DNA from: Desulfurococcaceae archaeon
GTDB taxonomy: Archaea; Thermoproteota; Thermoprotei_A; Sulfolobales; Desulfurococcaceae
Direction: 5' to 3'
Length of the DNA stretch: 64,000 nt
NCBI GenBank assembly: GCA_028275705.1
Contig: JAPWUD010000004.1
Location: 22,001 to 86,000 of the forward strand
The position numbers and the translations under genes are program-made. The notes beneath the pieces are model-generated. The model ran no database searches, was not told the origin of the DNA, and saw nothing but the letters and a program-made list of their open reading frames with translations. Shown one piece after another: positions 36,899 through 46,911 of the stretch (its first letter is position 1; each line of letters opens with the position of its first letter).

Positions 36899-38173
36899 CT
36901 AGATTTCTTCGATACGTACTCCTTCATCTATTTTAACTAGCCAGGCTCCAGCCGCGGTTCTACTAGTCTCTCTAGCCACTCTCTCACCAATTATTTCGTC
37001 TTCCACAATTGCGAATAATGCTCCACCTAAGCCAGCACCACTTATCTTTACACCGATAGCGCCTGCCTCAAGAGCTCTTCTCCTTATTTCCTCTAGCTCT
37101 GGTGTACTTACATCATACATGTCTCTTAGTAATACGTGTTGGTAGTTAATGAGTCCTCCTAGAGCCTTGAGGAGGGGATTATGTGTTTTTAATGCCTCCT
37201 CAAGGCAGACACTGCACTCTCTAGTCAAGTATTCCTCCACTTCACGGATTCTACTGGGATTGGGGTTTTCCATTAATTCTAGTGCTTGGATCGTTGAGTA
37301 ATGCATTTTCAATGTAAATAAAATCCTCCTCTTTGCATTATACTCTAGTTTCTCAAGATAGGGTGTTATGGTTTCTATGTTTAATAACTCCCACTTTGTT
37401 TCATATGGGTCTAAGCTAATTAGTCTTTTGATCTCGCTTGGAATATCCTTTTGAAGTAGAAGCTGTTCTAGTCCTCTACGTATCTCATTTATTCTAATGG
37501 GGTGAATTGCCCCCGTAGAGTGCCTTATCCCGGAGTTAATTGCTACAAGTTTAAGTGTATATGTCTCAAGTGTTTTAACCCCGTATGGAGGTCTAGTCTC
37601 TATGCGTGATATGTAACCAAATGCAGAGCCATACTGGTCTAGTCTACCACATGGAATCCCCATGACATCGTGCTCACTTATATAGGCTAATTCAGCTATT
37701 TCTCCCCTCTCCAGTTTAAACCCCCATAGATCCGACAATGCCTTAATTGATGCTACTTGTAGTGCAGCACTACTTGCAAGGCCTGAAGCTATTGGTATCT
37801 CACTATAGATCAACATGTAGAAGTCTTTTGCAAGTCTATATTTGTTTTTCAGCGTTAAAACAACTGATCTTATGTAGTCGCCAAACCAGCTACCACCCCT
37901 CAACACAGGCTTTTCAACGCTAAATTCATCCATGCATGGGAGGCCATCTAAGCAGAGGTTTAATGAAATAACTCTAGTTGTTGATTGAGAATCTGCTACA
38001 GCAATGTATGTTCTCTTATTAATTGCGACTGAAACTACAGGTAGACCCTTATAGTCCTGGTGGGTATTGAGAAAGTCTAGTCGACCGGGTGCTGAGGCAA
38101 TAAGATCTGGTTGTCTTCCAAAGACCTCTTTAAATTTCTCCACAATGTATTTTAATACTTTCACTCCATACAC
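36899..38173 (-). CDS. galK: Galactokinase (GHMP kinase family)
   Basis: GalK signature APGRLDFLNTHQDYKG, GHMP motif PIASGLASSAAL, C-terminal GAGLGGA. Overlaps galT. Confidence 0.75.
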   Translation of the reverse strand: MYGVKVLKYIVEKFKEVFGRQPDLIASAPGRLDFLNTHQDYKGLPVVSVAINKRTYIAVADSQSTTRVISLNLCLDGLPCMDEFSVEKPVLRGGSWFGDYIRSVVLTLKNKYRLAKDFYMLIYSEIPIASGLASSAALQVASIKALSDLWGFKLERGEIAELAYISEHDVMGIPCGRLDQYGSAFGYISRIETRPPYGVKTLETYTLKLVAINSGIRHSTGAIHPIRINEIRRGLEQLLLQKDIPSEIKRLISLDPYETKWELLNIETITPYLEKLEYNAKRRILFTLKMHYSTIQALELMENPNPSRIREVEEYLTRECSVCLEEALKTHNPLLKALGGLINYQHVLLRDMYDVSTPELEEIRRRALEAGAIGVKISGAGLGGALFAIVEDEIIGERVARETSRTAAGAWLVKIDEGVRIEEI

Positions 38174-39171
38174 CTCCCCATAGCGTTTGAGAGTGAGGAA
38201 ACGGCTTTTCTACAAGCCTCTCTAAGCTCTAAAGCCTTTTCCTCTGGAATACCATCATACGTGAAAACCCAATACCCCCACTCTATTCCCGCTGCATACT
38301 TTAATTTCTCCCTATCCCTATATGGTTGGTAGAACTCAACGTGGAAGTGGTATTCATAGTTCCCTCTAGCTGGGTGATCGTGGAATACCATAATATATGG
38401 TGCATCCCTCTCTAAGAGCTTATTGTAGATAGCCGTAACTACTCTCAAGGAATCAGCTAGTCCCTTAGTTTGGTGATCTGTAAAGTCTCTCAGTGATTTA
38501 ACGTGTTTTAGTGGATAAATATGGATCTCGTAGGGCCACATAGCGTAAAATGGTATCAACAGTAAGAACTCTTCATTGTAGTAAATCAACCTCTTTCCAT
38601 ACTTCAACTCGTATTTGGCTACATCGCAGAGGAGGCATGAACCTATTTTCTCTCTGTATTCTCTGAAGGAATCTAACTCTTGCTTTACACGTGGAGGGAT
38701 GAATGGCAGTGCATATATCTGTGAGTGCGGGTGTGTGAGGGATACACCTATCTCTTTACCCTTATTTCTAAATACAGCTACATACTCGACGAAGTCTAGT
38801 CTACTTAGTCTCTCCACTTCACTCTTATAGGTCTCTACAACTTTTACCGCGTGATCAAGGCTTAAGTCAAATAAATCCCCCTCATGACTTGGAGTTTCAA
38901 CAATAACTTCAGCCACACCCCACGCCTCTCTTTTTGTATACCACATAAATTCTTCAAGTTCAACCTGTGGGGGGTTAGGGGTTAAAGCTGGGTATCTATT
39001 AGGTAGAACAGCAACATCCCACTTCTCAAGGTGTTTCAACTCTGGAGCACCGGGGCAGAATGGACATTGAAAAGAAATTTGCCTTTCCTCAGGCCGCCAT
39101 GGTCTAACAGCTCTATGCTTAGCCACTATTATCCACTGCTTGATCAATGGATTGAATCTAATTTCGTGCAT
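38161..39171 (-). CDS. galT: Galactose-1-phosphate uridylyltransferase
   Basis: Zn motif CPFCPG and active-site HPHSQIY (HxHxQ). 336 aa. Confidence 0.85.
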   Translation of the reverse strand: MHEIRFNPLIKQWIIVAKHRAVRPWRPEERQISFQCPFCPGAPELKHLEKWDVAVLPNRYPALTPNPPQVELEEFMWYTKREAWGVAEVIVETPSHEGDLFDLSLDHAVKVVETYKSEVERLSRLDFVEYVAVFRNKGKEIGVSLTHPHSQIYALPFIPPRVKQELDSFREYREKIGSCLLCDVAKYELKYGKRLIYYNEEFLLLIPFYAMWPYEIHIYPLKHVKSLRDFTDHQTKGLADSLRVVTAIYNKLLERDAPYIMVFHDHPARGNYEYHFHVEFYQPYRDREKLKYAAGIEWGYWVFTYDGIPEEKALELREACRKAVSSLSNAMGRCME

Positions 39172-39811
39172 AGTACATTAGGCACCCCACTATTATCCAT
39201 GATGCAATAAGAGTAAAATACCTAGTTAGCCCATATCCATTGAAACCATTATTTCTAAGTGGTAATTATCTTCATCCCAGGGCTTTCAATATTTTGAACA
39301 GGGAATTATACATCTACATGGACTTTGACATCTTTATGGGGATCATAAACCCTCAAACCTCAAGGACGTGAATTCAAATCTATTATCACTCGAGCAGGTC
39401 TATACGAAGGCCACAGCCTAGTGTTCGTATAAGTTCGCATCAATCAGCGAGTAGGGAGTAAACTCAAAGCTTGCAAACACCTTCCATACCTAGAAAACTA
39501 AAATCCCTGAGCAACTATGTTGAAGGAAACAACGTATCTGATTTATATGACACGACTCGTCATTGCCGTTAACTAAATATCTTCATCTTCGTCGATTTCT
39601 ACTCGATCTGTCTTGTAAGCGGTTTAACTGCTATAAGTATGCTTGTTGAAGACCAACTTGTGGACACCACTACATAGGTGAGGGTATTGTAAACAAGTAT
39701 GGTATGCCGCGGCCTCAGCTTTGACTTAGAATACGATGTGGGGAGGGATTGAAGCTATTTCGGCGGCTTCCTATAAGTGATGCTATTCCCAATAGTTGTT
39801 CAACGAGTTTT

Positions 39812-40828
39812 CTACGTGGTAATTAATCTCATTATTCTAGCTCTAATTATCTCCCTTCTTCTAAGTATTCCTTGTGCCGCTAATGCAACTATTATGACGA
39901 GTCCGTGAACTAGCCTTATCCAAAAGCCTGTTACACCTGCCGCTACTACCCCCATTTCTATGAATTCTAGGATTAATCCACCAATAAAGGTTCCATAAAT
40001 TGTCCCTACTCCACCAGTTACTGGTGTTCCACCAATAACAACTGAGGACACTGATTTCAACATATAAATGTCTCCTAGAGTTGGGTAGAACGTAGCCATG
40101 GCGAGAGTAGCTATCATACCCGCAAATGCAGCAACAACGCCGTGTATAGCGTAAACTGTTATTAAGACTCTATCAACGTTTATACCCACCATTTGAGCAG
40201 CCACTCTATTATCCCCAATGTAGTAGATATATGCACCGAACTTGTGTTTATTAAGGAATAGCCAGAAAATAAAAGCAAGTACAATGGTCCAAAAGAATTG
40301 AATTGGTATATCCCCAAATCTACCAACAAGCGCGCTGAAAACAGGTGATCCCCTATACTCCCCCAACGGGATACTAAACCCCTGCGTTGCAACTAAAACC
40401 ACTCCTCTCCATAGAAATGTTGTACCTATAGTTGCAATCAATGATGGAATGCCTAGTTTAGTTATCAATACGCCATTAAGTAGCCCCGCTCCCAAACCAC
40501 CAAGTAATCCCAGTATTACACCTAGAAGCGATGCCTCACCCTGCACCTGCCAAGTCATCGCCATAATTAAGGGTCCAAAAGCCATTATAGACGAGAAGGA
40601 TAGATCTATTTCACCCGTTATTACGACAAGTGTTAGGCTAATAGCTGGAATAATGGTGTATGGCGCAACAGTCATTAGTGAAGTATACGCGAATGGATTT
40701 GCAAAAGCACTAGGGTTTATAGTGTAGAAAGTAAGCCATATTACTAGGAAAATGACTGTTATAATTATTTGTAGTTTGTATTCAGATATTACTCTCCAAG
40801 CTCTTTTCAACCCATGGATACCTGTCAT
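39812..40828 (-). CDS. Sugar ABC transporter permease (RbsC/FrcC-type)
   Basis: 338-aa polytopic protein. Operon context with the ATPase and binding protein. Confidence 0.8.
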   Translation of the reverse strand: MTGIHGLKRAWRVISEYKLQIIITVIFLVIWLTFYTINPSAFANPFAYTSLMTVAPYTIIPAISLTLVVITGEIDLSFSSIMAFGPLIMAMTWQVQGEASLLGVILGLLGGLGAGLLNGVLITKLGIPSLIATIGTTFLWRGVVLVATQGFSIPLGEYRGSPVFSALVGRFGDIPIQFFWTIVLAFIFWLFLNKHKFGAYIYYIGDNRVAAQMVGINVDRVLITVYAIHGVVAAFAGMIATLAMATFYPTLGDIYMLKSVSSVVIGGTPVTGGVGTIYGTFIGGLILEFIEMGVVAAGVTGFWIRLVHGLVIIVALAAQGILRRREIIRARIMRLITT

Positions 40829-40846
40829 CGCAGCCGCCTACAATAG

Positions 40847-41644
40847 TCAGGTGGGCTGAGTTCTCCCATACAGGTTTAACTCCTTGTATTTTTCGGGTAC
40901 GCTTCCTGTTCTAGCAATAGAAACCATTATCTCAGCGAGATCTTCGGGTGTTAAGTCTTTTTTGTAGAATTCTGCTACAACACTGCCTTTGTCTAGTATT
41001 ACAAATCTATCCGCGACTGGGTAGACGTGGTATATGTTATGGCTTATAAATATCGCTGATTTACCCTTCTTCTTCAACTCGTTTACGTACTCAAGTACTC
41101 TATGAGTCTCTGCGAGACTTAGCGCTGCCGTTGGCTCATCCAATATAACCAAGTCTGCTTCAAACACTAGGGCTCTAGATATTTGCACACCCTGCTGATA
41201 ACCACCTGATAAGTACTTTACGGGTGTTTCAACAGGCATTCTCGTTAACTCTAGTTGGGATAAGCTATTGTAAGCTGTTTTCTTCATATCACTAATCTTC
41301 AGGAATCCCAGCTTATTCGTGATCTCTCTGCCCATAAAAACATTTCTCCATATTGGGTGGTTTAAGCATAGTGTACGCTCCTGGTGTATGAGAACTATGC
41401 CTAGCTCGTAGGCTAGTTTAGGATTTAACCTCTTGAATTTCATGCCTTTAACAATTATTTCTCCCTCATCTGGTGCGTGAATGCCAAACAAAATCTTTAC
41501 AAGTGTAGATTTCCCGGCGCCATTGTCTCCAACCAAGCCAACTACTTCGTTTTCTCTCACATGGAAATTCACTCCTCTAAGTGCTACTACTGAACCAAAT
41601 TTCTTGACAATATTGTGCATTTCGACGATATTTTTCATGCTCAA
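40847..41644 (-). CDS. Sugar ABC transporter ATP-binding protein (single-cassette, FrcA-like)
   Basis: Walker A GDNGAGKST, signature LSGGYQQGVQISRA, Walker B VILDEPTAAL. Confidence 0.85.
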   Translation of the reverse strand: MSMKNIVEMHNIVKKFGSVVALRGVNFHVRENEVVGLVGDNGAGKSTLVKILFGIHAPDEGEIIVKGMKFKRLNPKLAYELGIVLIHQERTLCLNHPIWRNVFMGREITNKLGFLKISDMKKTAYNSLSQLELTRMPVETPVKYLSGGYQQGVQISRALVFEADLVILDEPTAALSLAETHRVLEYVNELKKKGKSAIFISHNIYHVYPVADRFVILDKGSVVAEFYKKDLTPEDLAEIMVSIARTGSVPEKYKELNLYGRTQPT

Positions 41645-41729
41645 TGCAAGCCACCATTAATAATAAATCTAAATACATAGGAGTATATAAAGAGTGGAAA
41701 ATGAATGGAAAAAGTAAAAATACTTTAAC

Positions 41730-42833
41730 TTAACGATACCCAGCTAAAACTAATTGCTCGACTAATCCAACATTGCTGCTATCAACGATTGAGCCTCCAG
41801 TATCTATGTATAGACCCTGGAACCCATACTTCTTACTGAGCACTAGGTTTAGAACGGTCATGAATCCCTGTAGGTATGGCTGCTGATCGATAACCATTTG
41901 TACATACCCATCTTTAATGCCTTTCACTGATCCAGGCGTTAAGTCGAATCCTACAACTATTATTTCACCTGGACTCTTACCAGCAGACCTCATGTAATCA
42001 GCTGCAGCGGATGTTGTGCCACCTCCATCAAACACTATTAATTTAACATCGGGGTGTGCTGCTAGATAGCCTGTTACATATGGTATTCCCTCGGATGGAC
42101 TGCCATAAACGGCTGGTGGATGAGAAACTCTGTCGACTACTAAGCCTGCCGCTTTTAATGCATCTTCACACCCAACAGCGCGTAATGCACGTGCCGGCTG
42201 CTCCCAACTGCCGGAGAATATAGCTGCACGTACTCCTGCCTTAAGAACATTGCTATACTTCTGAACGGCTGTTTTACATAGAGTGTAACCAGATTGATAT
42301 AGGTTTTGACCAACGTATCCAGTATACCAGTACTTTGCCCTCAACTCTGGTATATCTACATTAGCTAGTGTTACGAGTATACCACTACTAGCTGCTTGCT
42401 CAAACAATGGCGCTAAGGCGTCGAGTCCAGGGTGACCCATAACGACAATACCGTCTGGGCGGGCTGCTATAGCCTTAGAGAATTCTTCAATCATTTTCGC
42501 GGGATCCCACTCTGTGTGGACATAGACTAGTTTTACTCCTAGGAGATTAGCTGCGTCTGTAGCCCCCTTATAGAGTCTCGCATCGAATGGGTCTCCAGCT
42601 CCACCACCTATCCAATATATTGTTAACCCAGTGCCGGGTAGCGTTGGGGAGACAGTGACGGTCTGTGTTTGAGTCTGAGTAGTTGTAACTGTAGCTGTTG
42701 CACCAGTTGTAATAGTTTGCGTAACACCAGCTGGTGCTGAGAAATACCCCACTACCCCTGCTATTATTGCAACTAGAATTACAACTATTATGAAAACCGA
42801 AGTAGAGACGCCTTTAGGTTGAGTAGCCAACAC
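41730..42833 (-). CDS. Sugar ABC substrate-binding protein (ribose/LacI-type periplasmic-binding fold) with N-terminal TM and Thr/Gln-rich linker
   Basis: TM helix, linker TITTGATATVTTTQTQTQTVTV, then a type-I PBP pattern (IYWIGGGAGDPF...). Confidence 0.75.
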   Translation of the reverse strand: MLATQPKGVSTSVFIIVVILVAIIAGVVGYFSAPAGVTQTITTGATATVTTTQTQTQTVTVSPTLPGTGLTIYWIGGGAGDPFDARLYKGATDAANLLGVKLVYVHTEWDPAKMIEEFSKAIAARPDGIVVMGHPGLDALAPLFEQAASSGILVTLANVDIPELRAKYWYTGYVGQNLYQSGYTLCKTAVQKYSNVLKAGVRAAIFSGSWEQPARALRAVGCEDALKAAGLVVDRVSHPPAVYGSPSEGIPYVTGYLAAHPDVKLIVFDGGGTTSAAADYMRSAGKSPGEIIVVGFDLTPGSVKGIKDGYVQMVIDQQPYLQGFMTVLNLVLSKKYGFQGLYIDTGGSIVDSSNVGLVEQLVLAGYR

Positions 42834-42924
42834 TATCGCCTCTAGAGTACACCTTCGATTGATGCGTATATATACCTAGTCTTATAAACTTTACTAATAT
42901 GTAAACTCCATATTTGTAACCACG

Positions 42925-44307
42925 CTAAAGCTCGTAGAACTCTAGATCAAGTAGTTGAGACAGAGTTCTTAAAGCGTTAACGTAGTCTCCTCTAATTAAT
43001 ACCATGTGATGTCCAAAAGCACTACGACTCACTCTCTTCGCGTCTCCAACTCTGACGCGAACAGTCACTCTGCAGTGTACTGTATCATGTGTACTAATGA
43101 CTTCTCCACGTGTTGCCCAAATTTTATCCATATTCCAGTGCATACCAGCCAATGTAACTTTTAACCCTGCTTGTAGCTCAGTGTACGGTGTTGCCCCTAT
43201 TTTCATGTCGTGGTAGTCTTTAATGGTGTAGCTACAGCTTGGGCAACTATAGCTTGGGGGAACTACATCGTGATTTATTGTCACAATATTGTGCTCTATA
43301 TCCCAGTGTGTAACGTTTTCATTTAAATTACCCATAAATGCAGCATCTCCGGATGCGGCCATTAAAATAGTCATAGTTAGTAAAGTGGGCAAGTCAGCCT
43401 CGCACCCTACAGGTATTCCTTCATCTAGCAACATGGAGTAAGCTAAGCAGGGGACGTACTTAATATCTGGGAGGGCTGGACACTCCAATGTAAGTGCGTT
43501 TGCACTGTGTTTTTCTAGTAGCTTCTTTAGCCCTACATATATTCTCCCGTAATCTGTGAAGTCTTTTCTCAAATGCTCTGCTACAATGTACTTCCGCAGC
43601 CATTGCTCAGCTACTCCTCCCGCTTCTTCAGGCATAGTGCTTTTAACTGCTTCAATATACTCGCTTATATCTACCTTAATTATTTTAATGCCAAATTTCT
43701 CCTCAATTACTCTAAATGAAACGTCCTTTGGAGCTGTAACGCTTCTAGGTGGGTATTCGCCAATGTATAGTATTCTGAGGTGTTTTAGAAATCTTAGTGC
43801 ACGTAGAGCTCTGATTAAATCAAGTACTTCTTCATAGCCCATAGGTACTATGTACTTGACTCCCTTAAACCTATTTAACCTAAACCTTGAAAGCCTTCCA
43901 TGTATGCTGTAACCCCAGTGATCCCACTCGGCTATTAAAGGCTTACCCCTATGTGCTATAGCTTCAAGTAGTTCTTCGCTGGTTAACCAGTCCTCCATAT
44001 CACCTATTACATATGCATCTGCATCATCGGATAATTTACTAACATCGGGTATAGTGTGGACTTCCACAGGCTCAAGTAGCGATACAAGTCCCCTTTCAAC
44101 AAGGTTTTTGATGTCAACATTCTCCGGCGGCGTCTCAACCGCTCTAACTTGATCCCTCGGCTTCTTTGGACCATAAACCCACGTATACTTCGCTACTGGT
44201 AATTCATCACTACTCCAGAATTCTAGAGCACTCTTCATTTTAATCCTCTGTAGTAGGGGTTTAATAGTCCTCGTATTGTATAGCTCATAGTATTTCACAG
44301 TGATCAC
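42925..44307 (-). CDS. FucI/AraA-like sugar isomerase family protein (tentative), paralog 2
   Basis: 460 aa. Motifs PVGCEADLPTLLTM, FMGNLNE and FGHHMVLIRGDY resemble the metal-site and C-terminal motifs of L-fucose/L-arabinose isomerase-like proteins. Confidence 0.5.
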   Translation of the reverse strand: MITVKYYELYNTRTIKPLLQRIKMKSALEFWSSDELPVAKYTWVYGPKKPRDQVRAVETPPENVDIKNLVERGLVSLLEPVEVHTIPDVSKLSDDADAYVIGDMEDWLTSEELLEAIAHRGKPLIAEWDHWGYSIHGRLSRFRLNRFKGVKYIVPMGYEEVLDLIRALRALRFLKHLRILYIGEYPPRSVTAPKDVSFRVIEEKFGIKIIKVDISEYIEAVKSTMPEEAGGVAEQWLRKYIVAEHLRKDFTDYGRIYVGLKKLLEKHSANALTLECPALPDIKYVPCLAYSMLLDEGIPVGCEADLPTLLTMTILMAASGDAAFMGNLNENVTHWDIEHNIVTINHDVVPPSYSCPSCSYTIKDYHDMKIGATPYTELQAGLKVTLAGMHWNMDKIWATRGEVISTHDTVHCRVTVRVRVGDAKRVSRSAFGHHMVLIRGDYVNALRTLSQLLDLEFYEL

Positions 44308-44310
44308 CCT

Positions 44311-45675
44311 CTACTTATCCTCCTCCACTACTCTTAAACCCATTAATCTAGCTACATTAATAAACTCATCTCTATAGTCACCGAGGAATACCACTCTATG
44401 CCAACCACTCCTACGCCTCCAATTCAAAACAATTCTACATACATTAGCCTTAGCTACTAGTTTATTGCTACATGCATAAATGCTCTCCTCTAAGCCAACT
44501 AATTCCGAGGTGTGGATGGTTAATGTCTTCTCGTCTAGGCTTAACCCAACAGCTGTGATTTTCACGCCTGGTTTAAATAGAACTCTTAGAGAAGCCTTTT
44601 TCTCACCTAAGTGAGCTGGTGTAATCACGTAGGGATACTCTTGTTTAACTCCTCCAAGTGGGTTTGTTGGTGCATAACAGTGGTAGTACACTATTTCACT
44701 CTTTAATTCATCCACAGCGGGGTCTGTTATGAAGCCGTTTACATTGAGTAGGTATTTGCCAATCATGAGGATTATTGCTGATGATACATCTGCTTCGCAA
44801 ACAGGTATTATGCCATCATACCACAACTGCATGTAGGCTAGGCAAGGCCAGGCATCTAGTTCACCCGTGTTTCTCAACACTATGCAGTCTAGTGCAACTA
44901 TGTTTGCTTTTCTCTCCTCGGCGGCTCTCTTGATCGCTAGGTACAATCTAGCACTTCTAAGTATTTCACCATATTCTTTTTCAAAGTTACTAGAACTCTC
45001 CATAATCCACTTCTTAGCAACCTCCTCAGCCTCAGCTTGGTTTACTCTATTATAATAATGCTCCCTAAACTCCGATGAATCCATTACTATGTATGATGCC
45101 CCAGTCAAGCCTGCAAGTTGCTTCAATAAACCATAAACATCAACGCTTAAGGGATACTCTAAACTAAGGTAGTACTTGGCAGCTTTTGGGACAATGAACA
45201 GTAATCTTGCCTCCCGCATTTTATCCAGTAGGGCAATGTATTGTACCATTCTCCGGAGTAGTACAGGGTCATGAGGCTCCCTAGTAGAAACCCCTATCAC
45301 TGGGTAACCCTTCTCAACAGCTTCACCATACTCTAATACGTAATCCCCTGAACCACCATATGTCTCATTTATCAATACCAGTGGTTTACGCAGCTCGATA
45401 AGTGGCTTCAAAAGACCTGAAATACAATTCAATACAAACACTAAGTAGCCTGGTGCACTGGCTTCTCTAGATATCGCCTCCCTGAGATCACTCACATCCC
45501 TTACGTAGTAGTATGAAAACTCAACCTCACCACAGCACTCTTTAAGAGAATTCTTTATACTATTAGTAACTCTATCAAACCACTCCACAGCTGCGTGAGG
45601 ACCCCCTATCGCACCCTCTGGGTTAACAATAAATAAAACCGGTATTCGAGTTGAATGCCCAACCACAGAGTACAC
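44311..45675 (-). CDS. FucI/AraA-like sugar isomerase family protein (tentative), paralog 1
   Basis: 454 aa, colinear with the downstream paralog (PVCEADVSSAIILM; SGWHRVVFLGDY). The HH pair of the paralog reads WH here. Confidence 0.5.
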   Translation of the reverse strand: MYSVVGHSTRIPVLFIVNPEGAIGGPHAAVEWFDRVTNSIKNSLKECCGEVEFSYYYVRDVSDLREAISREASAPGYLVFVLNCISGLLKPLIELRKPLVLINETYGGSGDYVLEYGEAVEKGYPVIGVSTREPHDPVLLRRMVQYIALLDKMREARLLFIVPKAAKYYLSLEYPLSVDVYGLLKQLAGLTGASYIVMDSSEFREHYYNRVNQAEAEEVAKKWIMESSSNFEKEYGEILRSARLYLAIKRAAEERKANIVALDCIVLRNTGELDAWPCLAYMQLWYDGIIPVCEADVSSAIILMIGKYLLNVNGFITDPAVDELKSEIVYYHCYAPTNPLGGVKQEYPYVITPAHLGEKKASLRVLFKPGVKITAVGLSLDEKTLTIHTSELVGLEESIYACSNKLVAKANVCRIVLNWRRRSGWHRVVFLGDYRDEFINVARLMGLRVVEEDK

Positions 45676-45721
45676 CTTTCCACATACATAACTATAAAGC
45701 CTTACTTAATAATTCTCTCAA

Positions 45722-45749
45722 GTATGCTGATCCATGGAATCCAGCATAC
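45722..45749. promoter_or_regulatory. Nested palindrome GTATGCTG-A-TCCATGGA-ATC-CAGCATAC upstream of the isomerase/sugar-ABC operon (candidate operator)
   Basis: 8-bp outer arms are exact reverse complements and the inner TCCATGGA is self-complementary. It lies 47-74 nt upstream of the GTG at 45675, just upstream of a TTTATAG box on the gene strand. Confidence 0.5.
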
Positions 45750-45992
45750 ATTATCTATTAAATTTATCTACATGTTCTATCCTCTAGAAGAATTAAATGC
45801 TCCACATTTATTTTAAATAATACTCATCTCAACTACTCTGTTATTACGGGACATTCTCTTTCACTATTTTTATAGTTATTTTATAGTTATAGTACGAGCG
45901 TGTTCTAGGGATTTTGAGAAAACGAGGGTTTTGTCGTTGGATTGGACAATAATTCCGGAATATTCTAGAGAAAAAGTCTATATGAAAAATTG

Positions 45993-46841
45993 TTAAATCG
46001 ATATTACAGTATATGGGTATAGTTTAGGAGCGGCTGCGACAAGTAATTCAAATATCTTATAGGCTTCTACAATATCGTTTGCACGGTATTTAATGGTCTT
46101 TCCATCAACTCTGTTGACGATTGGTAGCAACTCAGCTATATCAGCCATCTCCGTGCCTAAAAACCTTACTTCAACCTCGACGGGTGTATTTGGCTTTAGT
46201 ATTTTCATTTCTCCTCTTTTAAATCTATAGACAGCATTTTCAACTGCTTTTTCAAGTTCTTTCTCTATTTTAGAAAGACTAGGATTTACTGATGCGAATC
46301 TTGAGAGCGATTGCTTAAACACTACCTTCTCAGCCCACGGGGTAAACCTTGATACATCTTCTTCTATTAGGGCTTTATCGCCGGCTACCATTACTACTGG
46401 AACGTTGTAATGACCCGCTACATATGCATTAAACAAGAACTCGCTTGCAGGGATGCCATTGATTTTAACATAGTCTATTGTAGCACTACTATATGTGTGA
46501 TCGAAGTTTGATTTCAATGTACCTGCTTTAGCGTGATACCCTAGAAACACAGCTACATCGGCTTTCTCCACGCCTACCACCATACTGAGAGGTCTAGGAA
46601 AACCACGTATGAACGTGATATATTCTGGTAGATTTTCTACTTCAAGGTTGATCATGGGTCCATGGCTATCCGCTATAAATACTTCTTCGAAGCCATTTCT
46701 ATGAAACGCCTCTGCTGTCAATAGGGTTATTTTAGTGGCTATTCTTCTAGCCTCGCTGAATAACGCCCCTTTAAGGAACGTGTGTTCACCTGAAACAATA
46801 AAGGGCATTCCCTCTATATCTACGGATATAAATACCTTCAT
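45993..46841 (-). CDS. dppA: M55-family D-aminopeptidase (DppA-like)
   Basis: N-terminus MKVFISVDIEGM and HGPM are typical of peptidase M55. Start taken at the internal Met; the ORF is open to 46889. Confidence 0.7.
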   Translation of the reverse strand: MKVFISVDIEGMPFIVSGEHTFLKGALFSEARRIATKITLLTAEAFHRNGFEEVFIADSHGPMINLEVENLPEYITFIRGFPRPLSMVVGVEKADVAVFLGYHAKAGTLKSNFDHTYSSATIDYVKINGIPASEFLFNAYVAGHYNVPVVMVAGDKALIEEDVSRFTPWAEKVVFKQSLSRFASVNPSLSKIEKELEKAVENAVYRFKRGEMKILKPNTPVEVEVRFLGTEMADIAELLPIVNRVDGKTIKYRANDIVEAYKIFELLVAAAPKLYPYTVISI

Positions 46842-46911
46842 GATATACGCCCTATTATTTAATAGAAGGTAGAGATAAAAATAAATCATCTAAATATAAA
46901 TACTCTTCTAC

